64,000 nt of DNA, taken from assembly GCF_006345805.1 (NCBI RefSeq), contig NC_043016.1, positions 15,500,001 through 15,564,000 on the forward strand, given 5' to 3'. The DNA comes from Octopus sinensis (Eukaryota). Positions 22,975-37,163 of this stretch are shown piece after piece (within the stretch, counting starts at the first letter, position 1; every line of letters begins with the position of its first letter). The translations under genes were made by a program, and so were the position numbers. The notes under the pieces are model-generated. The model ran no database searches and was not told the origin of the DNA. It saw nothing but the letters and a program-made list of their open reading frames with translations.

Positions 22975-25900
22975 AGAAGGAGGAGGGGGGTAAAGGAAAG
23001 AAAATATCAGAAACCAAATAAATGAGAAATATAGCAGCAACATGTGAATTAAATAAAACCCTAAAGTCTTGGAAAAAGATATATCTAGTAGATGTGAAAT
23101 GTAAGAAGAAAATCAATGTTTAAATTATATATATAATGATAGATATCACTTATATGAACTAAAGGGGTGTTTCTGCCAATGTTTACATCAATAAGAATGA
23201 TCTATAACTGTGTTTACAAGGGGATTTTTAAAAGAAAGAATAAAAAATAGTTCACAATTACAGAGAAGACAAAATTCCTTGCCTTTATCATAAGAGAACG
23301 AAATTGAGAGAATCAACCAATCTAAATTAAATTGTTTATTATGGTCTTTTAGATACCAACTTAATTTACTAAGCCCTGTAATGTTACGTTTATTCCTATC
23401 TCTAAATGTAGAGTAATGATTAGAAATTCTTTTAGATAACTGAGAAGAACTACCTATATATAAAAAGACATCAGTACCTGAAGTAATTTTACACTGGTAT
23501 TTAGAGTTTTTAATCTTAGAATTACTTGACATAAACTTAATTCTGTTGGAGTTGACTTCAAAGACAATAACCTTGTTATTAATATTTCTAATGGGATGGA
23601 TGGTATTTGCTATATCTAGTTAGTATTAGTAAATGGATTCTTATTTAACAGACTATAATATTATGTGAGGAGATAATTTGTAAGAGATTTTTTGTATTGG
23701 AAAAACGGATCTTTTCATTTTGAAAGCCAGATTTTCCTAGTTAACTAAACTATTTGAAACTTCGTATACTGGTAGAATGTGTCGAAAGAAAACATAATTG
23801 TAAACCAAAATGAAAACGGAATTGTAATTTCTAAGTTTAACGTTGTTTAATAATTCGAATTTTAACCAATGATATCCTTTCTTTCGACTTCATATCATTT
23901 ACTGCCTCTCAAAATATTGTTACTGTGACGTAAACAGCTATTTTGTGACGTAGTTAATGTAAACATGTAAATAGCTAAAATGTAAACATCCGCTTATCGT
24001 AACTAAACACTTTCAAACTTCGTGGAGTATATATAAAATTTGTGCCGATCCTAAATAGCTAAATTCTTTTTGAAAGTCTTAGTATATATAAAATGAGTGT
24101 TTAAATTATTTTCCATTGTTTGCATTGCTTACACACACACACACACACACACATACTAAAATTACATCGTTGGAGCAGTAATTTATTTATGTATTTTTTG
24201 TTATACAATTTATTTTTAAGCTGAATCCCTATCCTGCCATTAACCTCTTTCTTATAAAATAGTTGAAGAATCTGGGGTGTAGGAATTGGGCCAGTATTGG
24301 AACTTTTAACTTCTTGCTCTCTATCTTATGATCTCCGAAATTTAAGAATCTTGTGTTAACTGGGCTCTTATTATTTACTCTGACTCTGCCATCACCTCAA
24401 TGCAAAGACTATCAATATCAGAATCATCTTCACAACCACCACTACAACCATTACTACAACCTCCAATGCCACCACCACAACCATCTTCTGCAACCACAAC
24501 CTCAAGATCAATACCAGCGTCATATTCAAAATCACCAATTTCACCACCACTACACTCTGCAATGTCTTCAACACTACCATCCATGAGACATCCTAACATA
24601 ATCAATGCTACTACTACTATCATCATCATCCACTGCCACCACCACCTCTACAAAAACACCAACACTATAATTGCTGCCATCATACACATCCACTGTCACC
24701 ACTACACCACCACCATGATAACCACATCTACCACAGCTGTTTGCTTACTGCTTACCCACTCACAAAATAGCTGTCTACGTCACAGTAACACTATGCAGCT
24801 AATAATTTCAAATGAAAACAGACAATACGATTGGTTAAAATTTGCAGATTTAAACTACGTTTAAACTTATAAAATACATTTTTCTCAAAAAACTAGTTGA
24901 AATTATTGTTTTCTTTTGACACATTCTACCAGTATACGAAGTTTCAAATTATTTAGTTAACTAGAAAAATCTGGCTTTCAAAATGAAAAGATCCGGAAAA
25001 ACCAATCCTAACCGTATGCGAGCTGATAATAGAGTAATACCCAAAACTGAAGAGGAAGATTAGATTTAATCTGCCTCCCATAAGGAATAATCAACCAAAT
25101 AGTTTTGCTATTAGTTGCCTTATATTTAGTGTAGCTATCTTTAAAAGACATCGATTTACCTTTAGAATGAAACAAGGGGTTTAAATATGGGTTATCTCCC
25201 TTCCTCTGTTTGGTGTTGGTGTATAAATTAAAATTGATATCGTTTATATCGTTACAACTAGATTTCATGTCTCCATTAGTAAAGGTAGAATAAGATTGAA
25301 TGGAATTAATGCAGGTAACTATATCTGAATAACGTGCTTTAAGTTATTGAAAATGTCAACATTGGCAGATAACTTAGACAATCTAAATGAAATATCCTTA
25401 ACTAAGTTCTTACTGATTGCCCTAGAATGATTACTGAATTGGCTATTATACTTAAGATTGGTCGATGGTTTGTGGTATGGGAAGTACGAATTATTGGATA
25501 AGTTAAGTGTAGCATCTAAAAAGTTGGCCTTCATTACATCATCATCAAAAACAATGCTTAAGCCCATTCTAGAGAAAAACTTAAACTATTCTTAACCTTT
25601 TGTACTTTTTGGTTAGAAACATTTTGAAGGTAAAGTAAACAATCACCATGATATAGACCTCCATTTATGTTTGGGAACTGGTCTGCCATTTCATAAAGTG
25701 TATATATATACAGACTAAATCAGCTATTTGTGCTGAATCAGAACTTCCTATCGTAACATCAAAACCATTGTGTGTGTCTTTATGGACCCACATCTTATTA
25801 TCAAACTTTATGATAGATTTTCTGGCAGCCAACATTAATTTCTTCCCAGGTGAGACCAGCTTTGATATGAGCAAGCCAAAGTACTATTGGGTTGATGGAG

Positions 25901-26255
25901 GAATAAAAACTAGAAATGTCCAACTGGACAAACTTAGTGCTCCTCTTATTAGTAATAGAACTAAACCAGTCAACGACTTGGAATGAATTGGACTATAAAC
26001 TAAGCTTTAATTATTTTTAACTAAGGTAGATATATTTTTATCTAGAATATTTTTACTAAGTACACCGATGTCAGAGCTAGAAAGACAGATAAGCCTCAAG
26101 GATGGGTTATTAAAAAAATGTTGCTTCTGATCTTCCAAAATAAACTGAGTTTGCTTAGGATCAAGTGGTTCTGTCTTCATCTGTAATTTTCTCCATAATT
26201 TTCTTAGCCTCAGGGTTAGCTTTCTGAGTACACCTTTACCAGCTGTCTTCATTCA
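22975..26255 (-). mobile_element. Penelope-like element (RT + GIY-YIG), degenerate, split by a DNA transposon
   Basis: ORFs 26007-26252 (NPSLRLICLSSSDIGVLSK), 25665-25874 (FDVTIGSSDSAQIADLV), 25319-25567 (NFLDATLNL..YFPYHKP), 23188-23532 (YQCKI..YIGSS..LSKRISNHY..FR..C.LC..E). Confidence 0.88.
23707..24994. mobile_element. Non-autonomous DNA transposon, ~170-bp TIRs, GG..CC ends, 8-bp TSD (Merlin/MULE-like)
   Basis: GGATCTTTTCATTTTGAAAGCCAGATTTT... / ...AAAATCTGGCTTTCAAAATGAAAAGATCC; TSD GGAAAAAC at 23699-23706 and 24995-25002. Confidence 0.88.
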
Positions 26256-26455
26256 TATGTAACAAATGGCCATACCAGCACAGTCGCTTCTCTTGCACAC
26301 CACATTTGATGCTTCTTATGCCCAACTTTTCTCTCAGAGCACTTACACTCTGTCTTGTATGCACACTGACGTTACATTACACATCCAGCGGATCAGACCA
26401 GCTTCATTTCATTCAAGCCTATGCATGTCCTCAGCATTCATGGCCCATGCTTCAA
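26255..26455 (-). mobile_element. RTE LINE fragment
   Basis: Near-match to 58870-59085. Confidence 0.8.
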
Positions 26456-26600
26456 TCGATTTTTGTAATTTTTTCAAGACTTATACACACCTTGATACCG
26501 TCGGTATCTACATATCAAATTTGAGCGCAATTGCATGGAGGATGCCCAAGATCCTAGAAGACGCACACACAGACAGCCAGAACGGATTTTATATAAGAGA
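26456..26600 (+). mobile_element. Helitron/Helentron-type non-autonomous end fragment
   Basis: CAAATTTGAGCGCAATTG...CACAGACAGCCAGAACGGATTTTATATA; similar end at 62812-62950. Confidence 0.45.
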
Positions 26601-26799
26601 TGTGTGTGTGTGTGTGTATGTATATATTTATACATGTATACATATGTACAGATGTATGCATATATTTATATGTAGACATATATACATATATATATGTAAA
26701 TATATATATATCTATGTTTATAAGTATATGTGTGTATGTATATGTGTATGTATATATGTGCATGTGTATGTGTGTGTGTATATACTTATATATATAAAT

Positions 26800-27152
26800 T
26801 TTAGCTTCCTTACCAACCACATGGTCCTATGTTGAATCCCACTGCGTGGCACCTTGGGCAAGTGTCATCTACTATAGCCTCAGGCTGGTCAAAGCTTTGT
26901 GACTGGATTTGGTAGAGAGAAATTGAAAGAGGCCCGTTGTATATATATATGTGTGTGTGTGCGTGTGTATGTTTTTGTACCTGTGTTTGTCCCACCCCAT
27001 CTTCATTTGACAACCAGTGGTGGTGTGTTTATGTCCACGTAATGTAGTGGTTCAGCAAAAGAGACCAATAGAATAAGTACTAGGCTTACAAAGAATAATT
27101 TCTAATGTTAATTTAGCATGGCCACAGTCAAATGACTGAAACTAAATAAAAG
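26800..27152 (+). mobile_element. SINE family A copy
   Basis: Homology to 3056-3449 and 35404-35840. Confidence 0.85.
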
Positions 27153-27159
27153 AGTGTGT

Positions 27160-27204
27160 GTGTGTATATATATATATATACACACACACACATATATCTA
27201 TATA

Positions 27205-27286
<82 letters not shown>

Positions 27287-27493
27287 TATATATATATACT
27301 AAGCAATAAGGGTTTAGCAACGAGTTGCCTTACCACATACCGAATTTAGAAATAGCAGTCAAAGGGTTATAGCTATTTCTTCTACAAAAAAGGGAGATCT
27401 CAGTAAAAACAGCATTTGGAAGGCAGACACAAACAGGTAAGAGAGAATGAATTGACTGCAATTTATATATATATATATATATAGTATATATAT

Positions 27494-27524
<31 letters not shown>

Positions 27525-27548
27525 TATATATAATATATATATAATATA

Positions 27549-27589
<41 letters not shown>

Positions 27590-27730
27590 TATATATAATA
27601 TATATATATATATATAATATAATATATATATATAATATATATTATATAATATATAATATATAATATATATAATATATATATATATAATATATTATATATA
27701 TATATATATATATTAATATATATATATATA

Positions 27731-27761
<31 letters not shown>

Positions 27762-27900
27762 TAATATATATATATATATATAACGGGAAGCTTTATGAAA
27801 ATAAACAAAAGACGAAGGCAGGTGGAAAACAAACGAACAATTGTATTAGTATGGCGCTCAGGAAATATAAATAAAACATATATATATATATATATATATA
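27160..27900. repeat. (TA)n microsatellite cluster with short interspersed inserts
   Basis: Direct reading. Confidence 0.95.
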
Positions 27901-29004
27901 TCGTAAACCGGTGACAGCCGTACGCTGAAGACAGGCAAATACCTAGAAACTGCAGTCCGTGCGTGTCACTTAGGTTGACGAGAGAGGGATGACCTCCCTT
28001 TGCAAATACCATAAGGGCACAGAAAGTGTGTCTAAAGCCAGCTGGAGACGATGATCTCCTGGGGCTAAAAGCTACAGTAACACCCACCCTTAGTGGTTAG
28101 CCATATTGAGATGGCTAGTATACTTTACGTATATATATATATATATAGTATGTTTATATATTTGTTTTGCAAGATTTTTTATGTGAAGTCGTGTGTTGAA
28201 ACAGATATTGTTGTATTTCGGAATGGTCATTTTGCCAGTTTAGCCAATAAAAACACATGCACTATATATTTGGTGTTATTTTGCTTCAGTGATATTTATT
28301 TTTTACATTAGTCTTAATCTTATTTCGGCCAAAGTTCTTTCTTCACACTCCTGTGACCGCATCAGTGGTCCTTTGTTTTCTTCTCACTTATTTGTGTCTC
28401 TCCTTACTAACCGTCAGCCATTTTGTATTCCTATTGTATGTCCTCATTTGCACATGCTTATATCTCTATGTGCGTCTATGTTTATTTAGTGTGTGTGTGT
28501 GTGGAGGGATGCCTGTAATATTTGTATCTTCCGTTTATATACATTCATGTAATTTGAGATGAGTACACTCAATTCTATGAACTTAAAAAATGTGCAAATT
28601 ATAGTTGTCCCCAGTTGAATTCAAATTCAGTATAAAGGGCAACAGTTTGGTACTGAATGGCAGTTTGTTATTCGATAGTTTAGTAATGAAACATTAAGAT
28701 ACCTTTCTCAGCAAAAATATCAATTTCTTACTTTTTCTCAGCTTTTATAACATGTATAACTTTCAAAGTTATTAAATGTTACTTCAACCTTCACTTTTGT
28801 AAGAAATTTATAAAAGCTAACCTCCAACAATATACTGTATACATAAACATGTACTATACAAACCTATTGTAAAGACTTGTGCTCAAAGTTACACAACTTG
28901 GCATTCTGCTTTTCAAAATGTACATCCTCAAGAATTTATGCTTGGAATTATAAACAGTAAAGAGCAGTCAAAATAGGAAGTGGTTTAGAAACGTACATTT
29001 TAGA

Positions 29005-29120
29005 TAATATATATTTATACATACATATATATATATGTATAAATATATATTACATATATATAAATGTATGTATATATATATGTATGTATGTATATATATG
29101 TGTGTATATATATGTGTGTG

Positions 29121-29207
<87 letters not shown>

Positions 29208-29345
29208 ATATATATATATATTATATGTGTGTGTGTGTGTGTATATGTGTATATATATTGTATATATATATATTGTATATATATATATATATATGTGTGT
29301 GTATATATGTATATGTGTGTGTGTGTATATATATATATATGTATA
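29005..29345. repeat. (TA)n/(TG)n microsatellite
   Basis: Direct reading. Confidence 0.95.
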
Positions 29346-30130
29346 GCATAACTGAGGGCTGGCGAACATGACTGAGGGCTGGGGCCCAATGTTTGCACCA
29401 GGCTCCAATCTTGATTTGGCAGAGTTTCTACAATTGGATGCCCTTCCTAACGCCAACCACTCTGAGAGTGTAGTGGGTGCTTTTTACGTCCCACCGGCAC
29501 GGGGCCAGTCAGGCAGTACTGGCAACAGCCACGCTCAAATGGTGCTTTTTATGTGCCACCTGCACAGGAACCAGTCCAGCGGCACTGGTAACGACCTCAC
29601 TCAAATTTTTTTTTTCACGTGCCACCAGCACAAGTGCCAGTAAAGCAATGCAGGTAACAATCACGCTCAAATGGTGCTTTTTACATGCCACCGGCATGGA
29701 GGCCAGCTTGTTGCTCTTATGGTGCTCTTAGCGCTCTACTAGCACGGATGCCAGTCATCAAATTTGATATTGATCTCAATTTCAATTTCACTTGCATCAA
29801 CAGGTCTTCGCAAGCAAGGTTTATTGTCCAATGAAGGAAAGGTACGCATAAGTGGACTGGTTACACCCATGGAATAGGCCACGAGGTTATGGTTTCACTT
29901 GGCTTGCCAAGTCTTCTCAAGCACAGCATATTTCCAGAGGCCCCAGTCACTAGTCATTGCCTTGGTGGGGCCCAATGTTTGAAGGTCATGCTTCACCACT
30001 TCATCCCAGGTCTTCCTGGGTCTACCTCTTCCACAGGTTCCCTCAACTGCTAGGGTGTGACACTTTTTCACACAGCTATCCTCATCCATTCTCGCCACAT
30101 GGCCATACCAGCGCAGTCGTCTCTTGCACC
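29345..30130 (-). mobile_element. RTE LINE 3' part: ORF C-terminus plus tandem-repeat 3' UTR
   Basis: ORF 29895-30098 ARMDEDSCVKKCHTLAVEGTCGRGRPRKTWDEVVKHDL (RTE C-terminus) continues into the repeat-containing tail, tying the dispersed tails to RTE. Confidence 0.9.
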
Positions 30131-30552
30131 CAGATATGTCTGCATAAACAATAACTCACTCCTCAAGTTGGCCATGTTGTCCGATTCCTGATTTGAAAGA
30201 CTTTGCCAGGTGGTGCTATTAATTTAGACATGGCCTGGGCCAATACTGGCCGAAAGCTATTAAAGTATCAAAGTATGTATATATATATATATGTATATAT
30301 ATATGCATATATACTTACATATATGTACATACTTACATCTATACATATATATATATATTTGCATATGCGTGCACAGGATGTCACAAAACATATACGCCAC
30401 ACATCCTCCTCCAAGTAAGTTTTATCTATATGTATGTATGTATGTAAACACTGCCAGATCAGACTGGAGCCTGGTGCAGCCTCCTGGTCAAACCGTCCAA
30501 CTCATGCTAGCATGGAGAACGGACGTTAAACGATGATTATGATGATGATGAT

Positions 30553-30578
30553 GATATATATATATATTATATATATAT

Positions 30579-30630
<52 letters not shown>

Positions 30631-30960
30631 CATACATATATATATCTTTTGTATGTGTATATATATATATATCTTTTGTATGTGTGTGTGTTTATGTATA
30701 TATGTATATGCATGTGTAGATATATGTATGTATGTGTATATATATGTATGTGTGTATATATATGTATGTGTATATATATATATTATATATATATATATGT
30801 ATGTATATATGTATGTTTGTGTATGTGTGTGTGTGTGTATCTTTTGTGTATGTGTATGTATATATATATATCTTTTGTATGTGTGTGTGTTTATGTATAT
30901 ATGTATATATATATATCTTTTTTGTGTGTATATATATATGTGTTTGTGTGTGTGTGTTTG
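30553..30960. repeat. (TA)n/(TG)n microsatellite
   Basis: Direct reading. Confidence 0.95.
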
Positions 30961-31847
30961 TTGGGGGAGGGGTGTTTTTATGTACATATAATATTTTAAA
31001 TGGTGCTTAGTATAACTGCATCGGGATTGTTTTCAATCTTTTTACATTATTCTTAGTATGCTTTTTTTTCCCTTTTATTTTATATCCAATTCCATACATA
31101 TTTATAGTTTGGCACAACACCTATATAAAGGTGGTTATAAACTTCTAGAGGTCAAGCTATTTATATTTCCCATGTTTGTGTTGTTATTGTTTGCCCTTGT
31201 AACTTGTTAATGTTCTTCTAGCATTATTGGAAACATTGAAGATTTACATAACCAGCAACGTCCTTCATTTCACAGAATTGGTTTTGGCTCAGCCAGTATA
31301 ATGACAAATGGTACAGTTAGTAATACAAGAAATGTTACATTAGAAATTTCTGGATATTTGTTGTATTTTAAAAGTGAGAAGGTGAATGCCTTTCCAAACC
31401 AATCACAGATGTAGGTTTTGTAGCCAAAGTTCTTAAGAGATAAATAACAGGTTTGAAGCAGTGAGAGCAAAAAGAAAAATTGGAAAAGATCAAATAAATG
31501 TGAGTGATAGCAGAATAGCAAGCAAGGATTTAGGCAAGATTTATCAAGCTAGGAGGTGGGGGGGGACTGTTTTGTGCTAAGTTTATGAGATGCATGAAAT
31601 GTTTTGAATAATAAAGCAGTATATCCTCACATGTTGTTCTCAGTAAACAAAAATTCTGATACTAAATGTATTTTAGTAAAGTGGGTTTATTGTAGAAGTG
31701 AGTTATTAAGAGTTAATGACTGAAAAATTGCCAAGCTGTATGAAGTTCTTCCCTGCTGATGTTATTTGTGAGGAATATTAACAGTTCTTCTCTTGAAACA
31801 TTATCAAATAGTAATTAGCACTCTTGCATCCATTTTTCCTGTACCTA

Positions 31848-32057
31848 CAAGGGCATGCTGAAAAGTTCCTGGCTTTAAGGGTTTCATGAAAGACATGGTA
31901 GGAGACTCAACTTTCTGTGCTCTTCTACAGGGCTTAGAAAAACTGAAGGACCATTGCAATAACTGTGTGAATCTAAGAGCAGAATATGTTTGGTAAAATC
32001 ATAATTAACTGATCCTCATCCAATATATTCTTTTACGCAAAACCACGAACATCCTTG
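31848..32057. mobile_element. mariner-like MITE
   Basis: TA-CAAGGGCATGCTGAAAAGTTCCTGGCTTT ... AAAACCACGAACATCCTTG-TA (right TIR partly deleted). Confidence 0.6.
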
Positions 32058-34472
32058 TATGATTCTTCCACTTCTTCTTCTTCTCTCTTTTACCTGTAAT
32101 TCTTCAACTTTAGACAACTTTTCAGCCAGTTGGTTACTTATTGTGTAGGATTTGAAAACCACAATCATTTTGTTTTGATCATAAAATATAGGAAAGGAAA
32201 TGGTTCTGAACAAAAAGTCGTTTCCTCCCTTGTCAACAATTTCATTACTAACCTCTACTCCTCCCATCCACCCAACTCATGCGGGGGGGGGGGGGGCTTT
32301 TCCTTAACCCTTTCCCTATCTTTATAGGTGTTGCCTACTTCCTTCTCCCACTTTCCCTATCTCCCACACACTTGCAAACCCCAATCCACCTCCCCACCTG
32401 CAACTGCTCCTGCTACCTGAGGTGTCACCCGATCACCACATCACCACTGTCTATCTCCTTGGAGATGCCTCAAATTCATTCTTCTTCTTCTTCTTCTTCT
32501 TCTTCTTCTTCTTCTTCTCCTCTCTCTCTCTCTCTCTCTCTTAAATTTGAGTAACCATGTGGCACATTTATAACCTGAACCTGCTCTACACCATTCATAA
32601 TCTTGTAGCTTCAAGATTTTAAAGATCTGATTGTTTATTTTTTGAATGACCTTGCTAGGTAGATGTGAGAGGCCAGAAATAGGCTGTTTGGCAGGTAATG
32701 GATGGTTTAAATGCTAGAATAAAGGAATAACTTCTAATTAGCACTCATAAATGCTGCACTGGTACAGATCTCATAGGACATGAAGAACTAGAAGTGGAAC
32801 AATAAGTTGGAAGTTTATTAATGTTTTATTTTTGTATACAAAGCAAGATATTTGGACAAATTAAGGATGTTCACAATATTAAGAATACACTGTTCTTAGA
32901 GAACATGAAAATAACTGAAGATTTATGGAAGAGTTTTTATTGTACTTTTTGAGTTGTGAATTGGCTTGGTCAGTTCTGCCCTTTCATTTTTCTAAAATCA
33001 ATAAATTATCAGTGAATTAATGGGAGTTGATTTTGGCATTTGGAAGGGCATCGAGCCACAGAAACCATACCAAAACAGACAATAGATCTTGGCACAGCTC
33101 TCTGGCCAGTATAGAGAATGGACATTAAGTGATGATGACCGCAGTGACAACAATGGTGCTTACTACTAAAAATCAATGTGTTAAAATTGGAAATCAGTCG
33201 TACATGTCATTTAAACCTGGGCCAGACAGTAATGTGTCCTTTTTCTAGATAGTAAGACATGAGTTGAGAGAGATTTGACTGTTATTTTTAGAGGTCAAGC
33301 AACTGCTTATTGGCTCACTATAACAAATTGTTGAAAAATAATTATGAGTACAATAAGAGAAGTGGGTTGCTTTTTTTTTTTTCAGTTTATTTTGTTGATT
33401 TTTCGCAGCTTTTTAATGCAGTCAGGTGGAGTTAGTTTGCTGTAGCTGAGTGTCAATACCCCGTGGATTGTCCACAAAAAAAAAAGTTGCAAACTTCTTT
33501 TTGTTGATATTAGCCTATTTTGGTCGATGTATGCCATAAATGGCAGCAGACTAGGAACATTCTGAATTATGTACTTACTGTGTTCTCTTTGCTGAGAATC
33601 GAGTTTTGTTGACAGCTCATGTTGGTTGACCACATGCCACATGGTGACAGCAAATGAGGCAGTAACTTGTGGAGATGGCAACTGACTGGGACTCTGTTTG
33701 TTGGGTCACCCTAGGGGAACCCAGGAAAATGGCAACAAATGGTGAATGCGGCAACATGCTGTAACAGCGCATTCTTTCACACATGAAGTAACCTGTTTAC
33801 TTAGATATGGTACCATTTCTGAAAAAGAAGTTATAGCAGAATATTTCAGATCCAGTACTTTGTAATAATCGTATTAATCTTACAAAATAATGTCCATTGA
33901 TCAGAAGCCTTGCTGGTAGGGCAGTCTGCAGGCACTGGACATTAGCAAGTGCATGAAGGAAAGTTTATTTCTTCTAATATATTTTTGACTTGTTTTGCTG
34001 AGCGTAAGACGAATACTCAATAAATAATCAGTTCACACACATAAAAACAAAATAGTCAAACTATGGAAACTTGATATGTGCACAAAGTTTAAGTTTATTA
34101 TAGTCATTGTGAATTGCTTAGACAACTGTCTCTTCAGATTTCATTGGGAGCAATGTTGTGCTAAATAAATACCTATCATATCATTTTGAAATATGTTTTG
34201 TTGCTGGGAGTTTGTACTCTAGCATGAAGTACACAGATTGTTTGATCTACTCTGTAGACATCTTTTTGTATTTAGAATTCCCTTCTACAATTGTTTTTCT
34301 TCTTCTTCTTCTTTGCCTTCTTCTTCTTCTTCTTCTCTTCCTCCTCCTCCTCCTTCTTCTTCTTCTTTCTTCTTTCTTCATTGGCATCATTGTTGTCGTC
34401 TTCTTTAAATCTCCACATGGATAGAATCTTTTTTGAAATGATGGTCAGAGAAACCAATAGCACTCAAAAATA

Positions 34473-34596
34473 GATTGATATAAAGATATCATTGATATAA
34501 GATATCATTGATATAAAGATATCATTGATGTGAGATGTCATTAATGTCATTGATATAAAAATGTCGTTGATGTCATTGATATAAAGATACCATTGA
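34473..34596. repeat. ~17-bp minisatellite (ATTGATATAAAGATATC)
   Basis: About 7 degenerate tandem copies. Confidence 0.85.
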
Positions 34597-35403
34597 GCCT
34601 GTGGGTGTAATAATTACTTCAGTGATTTACTACCACCTGCCATTTTGCTGCTTGTAGAAGGGTATGTTGTTTCTAATCAGAATATCCATTTACAATCAGC
34701 ACTCAGTCAGTGCACTGCTTTTGGTGCCCGTAGGTATGTATCACATTACTGAAATGCCTCCATTTTGAATTATATAAAGAATTGCCAGACTTCTTTACTC
34801 CAATTGCAATAAATGTGTTCTGGAATTAAACACGAGTGTCTTTATTTTGATTAGGAATCAATGAAGGAAACTCCTATGGGTGTTGTGTCTGGTCACCAAG
34901 TGGAGGAATGCTGTTTACTTAGATACATTCCTGATTAACCAATTAACAACTGAAGGGTTCGTTATGAGTCCGAGTTCCACATGAACTGAAATTAAATTAA
35001 ATCGTAGAAAAAGAATCATAATTAAGCAGGGTAAAGGATCATTTCCTAATCTCTTTAAAGCAGGATAAAGGACCTTTCTTTTACCTCCTTGGCTTATTTC
35101 CCCTTTGCAGCCTTATGACTGAATATGCAGGCTTCCAAGATTTCCTTCAAAAGACATTTCTTGTGGATAAACACTTCCAGGTCCTTTAAGTCTACCTAAA
35201 TTTCTATACACTTTTCAGCAAGAAATGCTGTTCAAAATGTTGGCATAAATGTGTTCACTTAAGAACATATTATATAAATTTTTAATACAAAATCTTTGGT
35301 AAATTGTAATGCAATCAAAATATGAAATAAGCCACAAAAAGTGTAAAAATGAATGCATACAACAAACAAGGCATCTTAAATCTTAATAGCAAAACCTCTT
35401 GCC

Positions 35404-35555
35404 TTGTGTGGTAAGTAGCTTGCTAACCAACCACATGGTTCCAGGTTCAGTCCCACTGCATGGCATCTTAGGCAAGTGTCTTCTGCTATAGCCCCGGGCT
35501 GACCAAAGCCTTGTGAGTGGATTTGGTAGACGGAAACTGAAAGAAGCCTGTCGTA

Positions 35556-35604
<49 letters not shown>

Positions 35605-35840
35605 ATGTGTATGTGTGTGTGTGTTTGTGTGTGTGTGTTTGTCCGCCTAGCATTGCTTGACAACCGATGCTGGTGTGTTTACGTCCCCGTCACTTAGCGG
35701 TTCGCCAAAAGATACCGATAGAATAAGTACTGGGCTTACAAAGAATAAGTCCCGGAGTCGACTTGCTCGACTAAAGGCGGTGCTCCAGCATGGCCGCAGT
35801 CAAATGACTGAAACAAGTAAAAGAGTAATGAATAAAAGAA
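35404..35840 (+). mobile_element. SINE family A copy (near full length)
   Basis: A/B boxes, internal microsatellite, tail ...GGCCGCAGTCAAATGACTGAAACAAGTAAAAGAG. Confidence 0.9.
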
Positions 35841-36645
35841 TATCTGATGATCAAACATGTTATGAAATAATATGAAAAATTCTGAAGATATTTAACATTA
35901 TCTGGGAAAGTTGAAATTATATACTTTATTACTACAGCAGAAATTATGGAATTTCAGTTTATTTGGTAACACTGATAAATCAAATTATTTGGCCAATCAT
36001 TTATTTTCACTTTTGGAACACTGCCAGAGAAAGTAGATTTAAAAAAAACTTTGTCTATGTCTCTAATTTCTGTGCAGATCCTAAAATGCCAGTAATATTT
36101 ACAACATTGTGTTGATTGCCTCATTTGTTTACATACTGTTTCTATGTCGTTTTCACTGCTCCTGGCATTAAAAATGTTAATGACTGCATCATACATCAAA
36201 AATGTCTCTCATTTCCTGAGAAAGAAAAAAAAAAACCTTCAAACTCCCTTTGAGAACCAATTATTGCAGGTCACACAGCATGTGACAACATTTTTTAAAA
36301 AAGTGAATGTGGGCAGGGGATTCAAAGTGGCTTTTATGACTAAAATTTTCTTCAACTTAATATAAAAGGGTTTTGAATTTGACATCAAGAAATATTACTT
36401 AGAATGCAGTCAAATATTCTGAAAACATAAATAAAACCATTCTTCAAGGAGTGGTGATGAAGTATATACATGTATATGTGTATAAGTGTTTGTATGCATA
36501 CAAGTGAATCTGTATACTGAACACATACATGCTTGTGTATATATATAATAAACATTGAGCACGCAACTAAGTGCGCAGTAAATGTGTATATTTAAAGTGC
36601 GTATACATGTATAATGTAACAAAATTATGATCTTGATGTAGAGTA

Positions 36646-37163
36646 CCGTAAATCCTCAAGTATAGTCTGCCCTTGAGTATAATACGCAGGGGATTTTTAA
36701 GGAGCTGTACCTCTGAAAAACCTAAATCTTGTGTATAATACGCACCCCTTCTCTAACTTGAACTGTGCATAATTAAGCCAGAAGCACCTAGTCGAACAAA
36801 CACTTCCGCGCATGCATAATACAATAATGGTGATGTTCTTAACTGTTATATGGGAATGTAAATATGTTTGCAAATTGTTTTTACGTATTATTCTGTGTTC
36901 TGAATATTTTAATTTTAATAAATGTTGTTTACTGCAAGTTATGGATGATTCTTTTATGACTTCATTGCTTTCAGGCTTAGCTTAAGGTATTTTCATGCCA
37001 GACATCACAAAATGCGTCTGAATAAACATTGCTGGACAGCAAATAGAGACTCGGACATTGCTTAGAAAATATTTTTCATTTTTAACCTCGTATATAGTAC
37101 GCACTAGGGATTTTGACCTTTAAATTTCGGGTAAAAATGCAGATTATACTTGAGAATTTACGG
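36646..37163. mobile_element. pogo/Tc2-like non-autonomous DNA transposon
   Basis: TIRs CCGTAAATCCTCAAGTATA / TATACTTGAGAATTTACGG, TA TSD on both sides. Confidence 0.85.

Noticed and set aside
24353-24864. Pro/Ser/His-rich ORFs
   Set aside because: Low-complexity CAC/CAT tract inside a non-autonomous transposon; no domain or splice support.
33578-33711. Possible ~130-bp minus-strand exon (CCCCTAG|GGTGAC...AACACA|GTAAGT)
   Set aside because: The peptide resembles nothing I recognise and no partner exons were found; compatible with chance.
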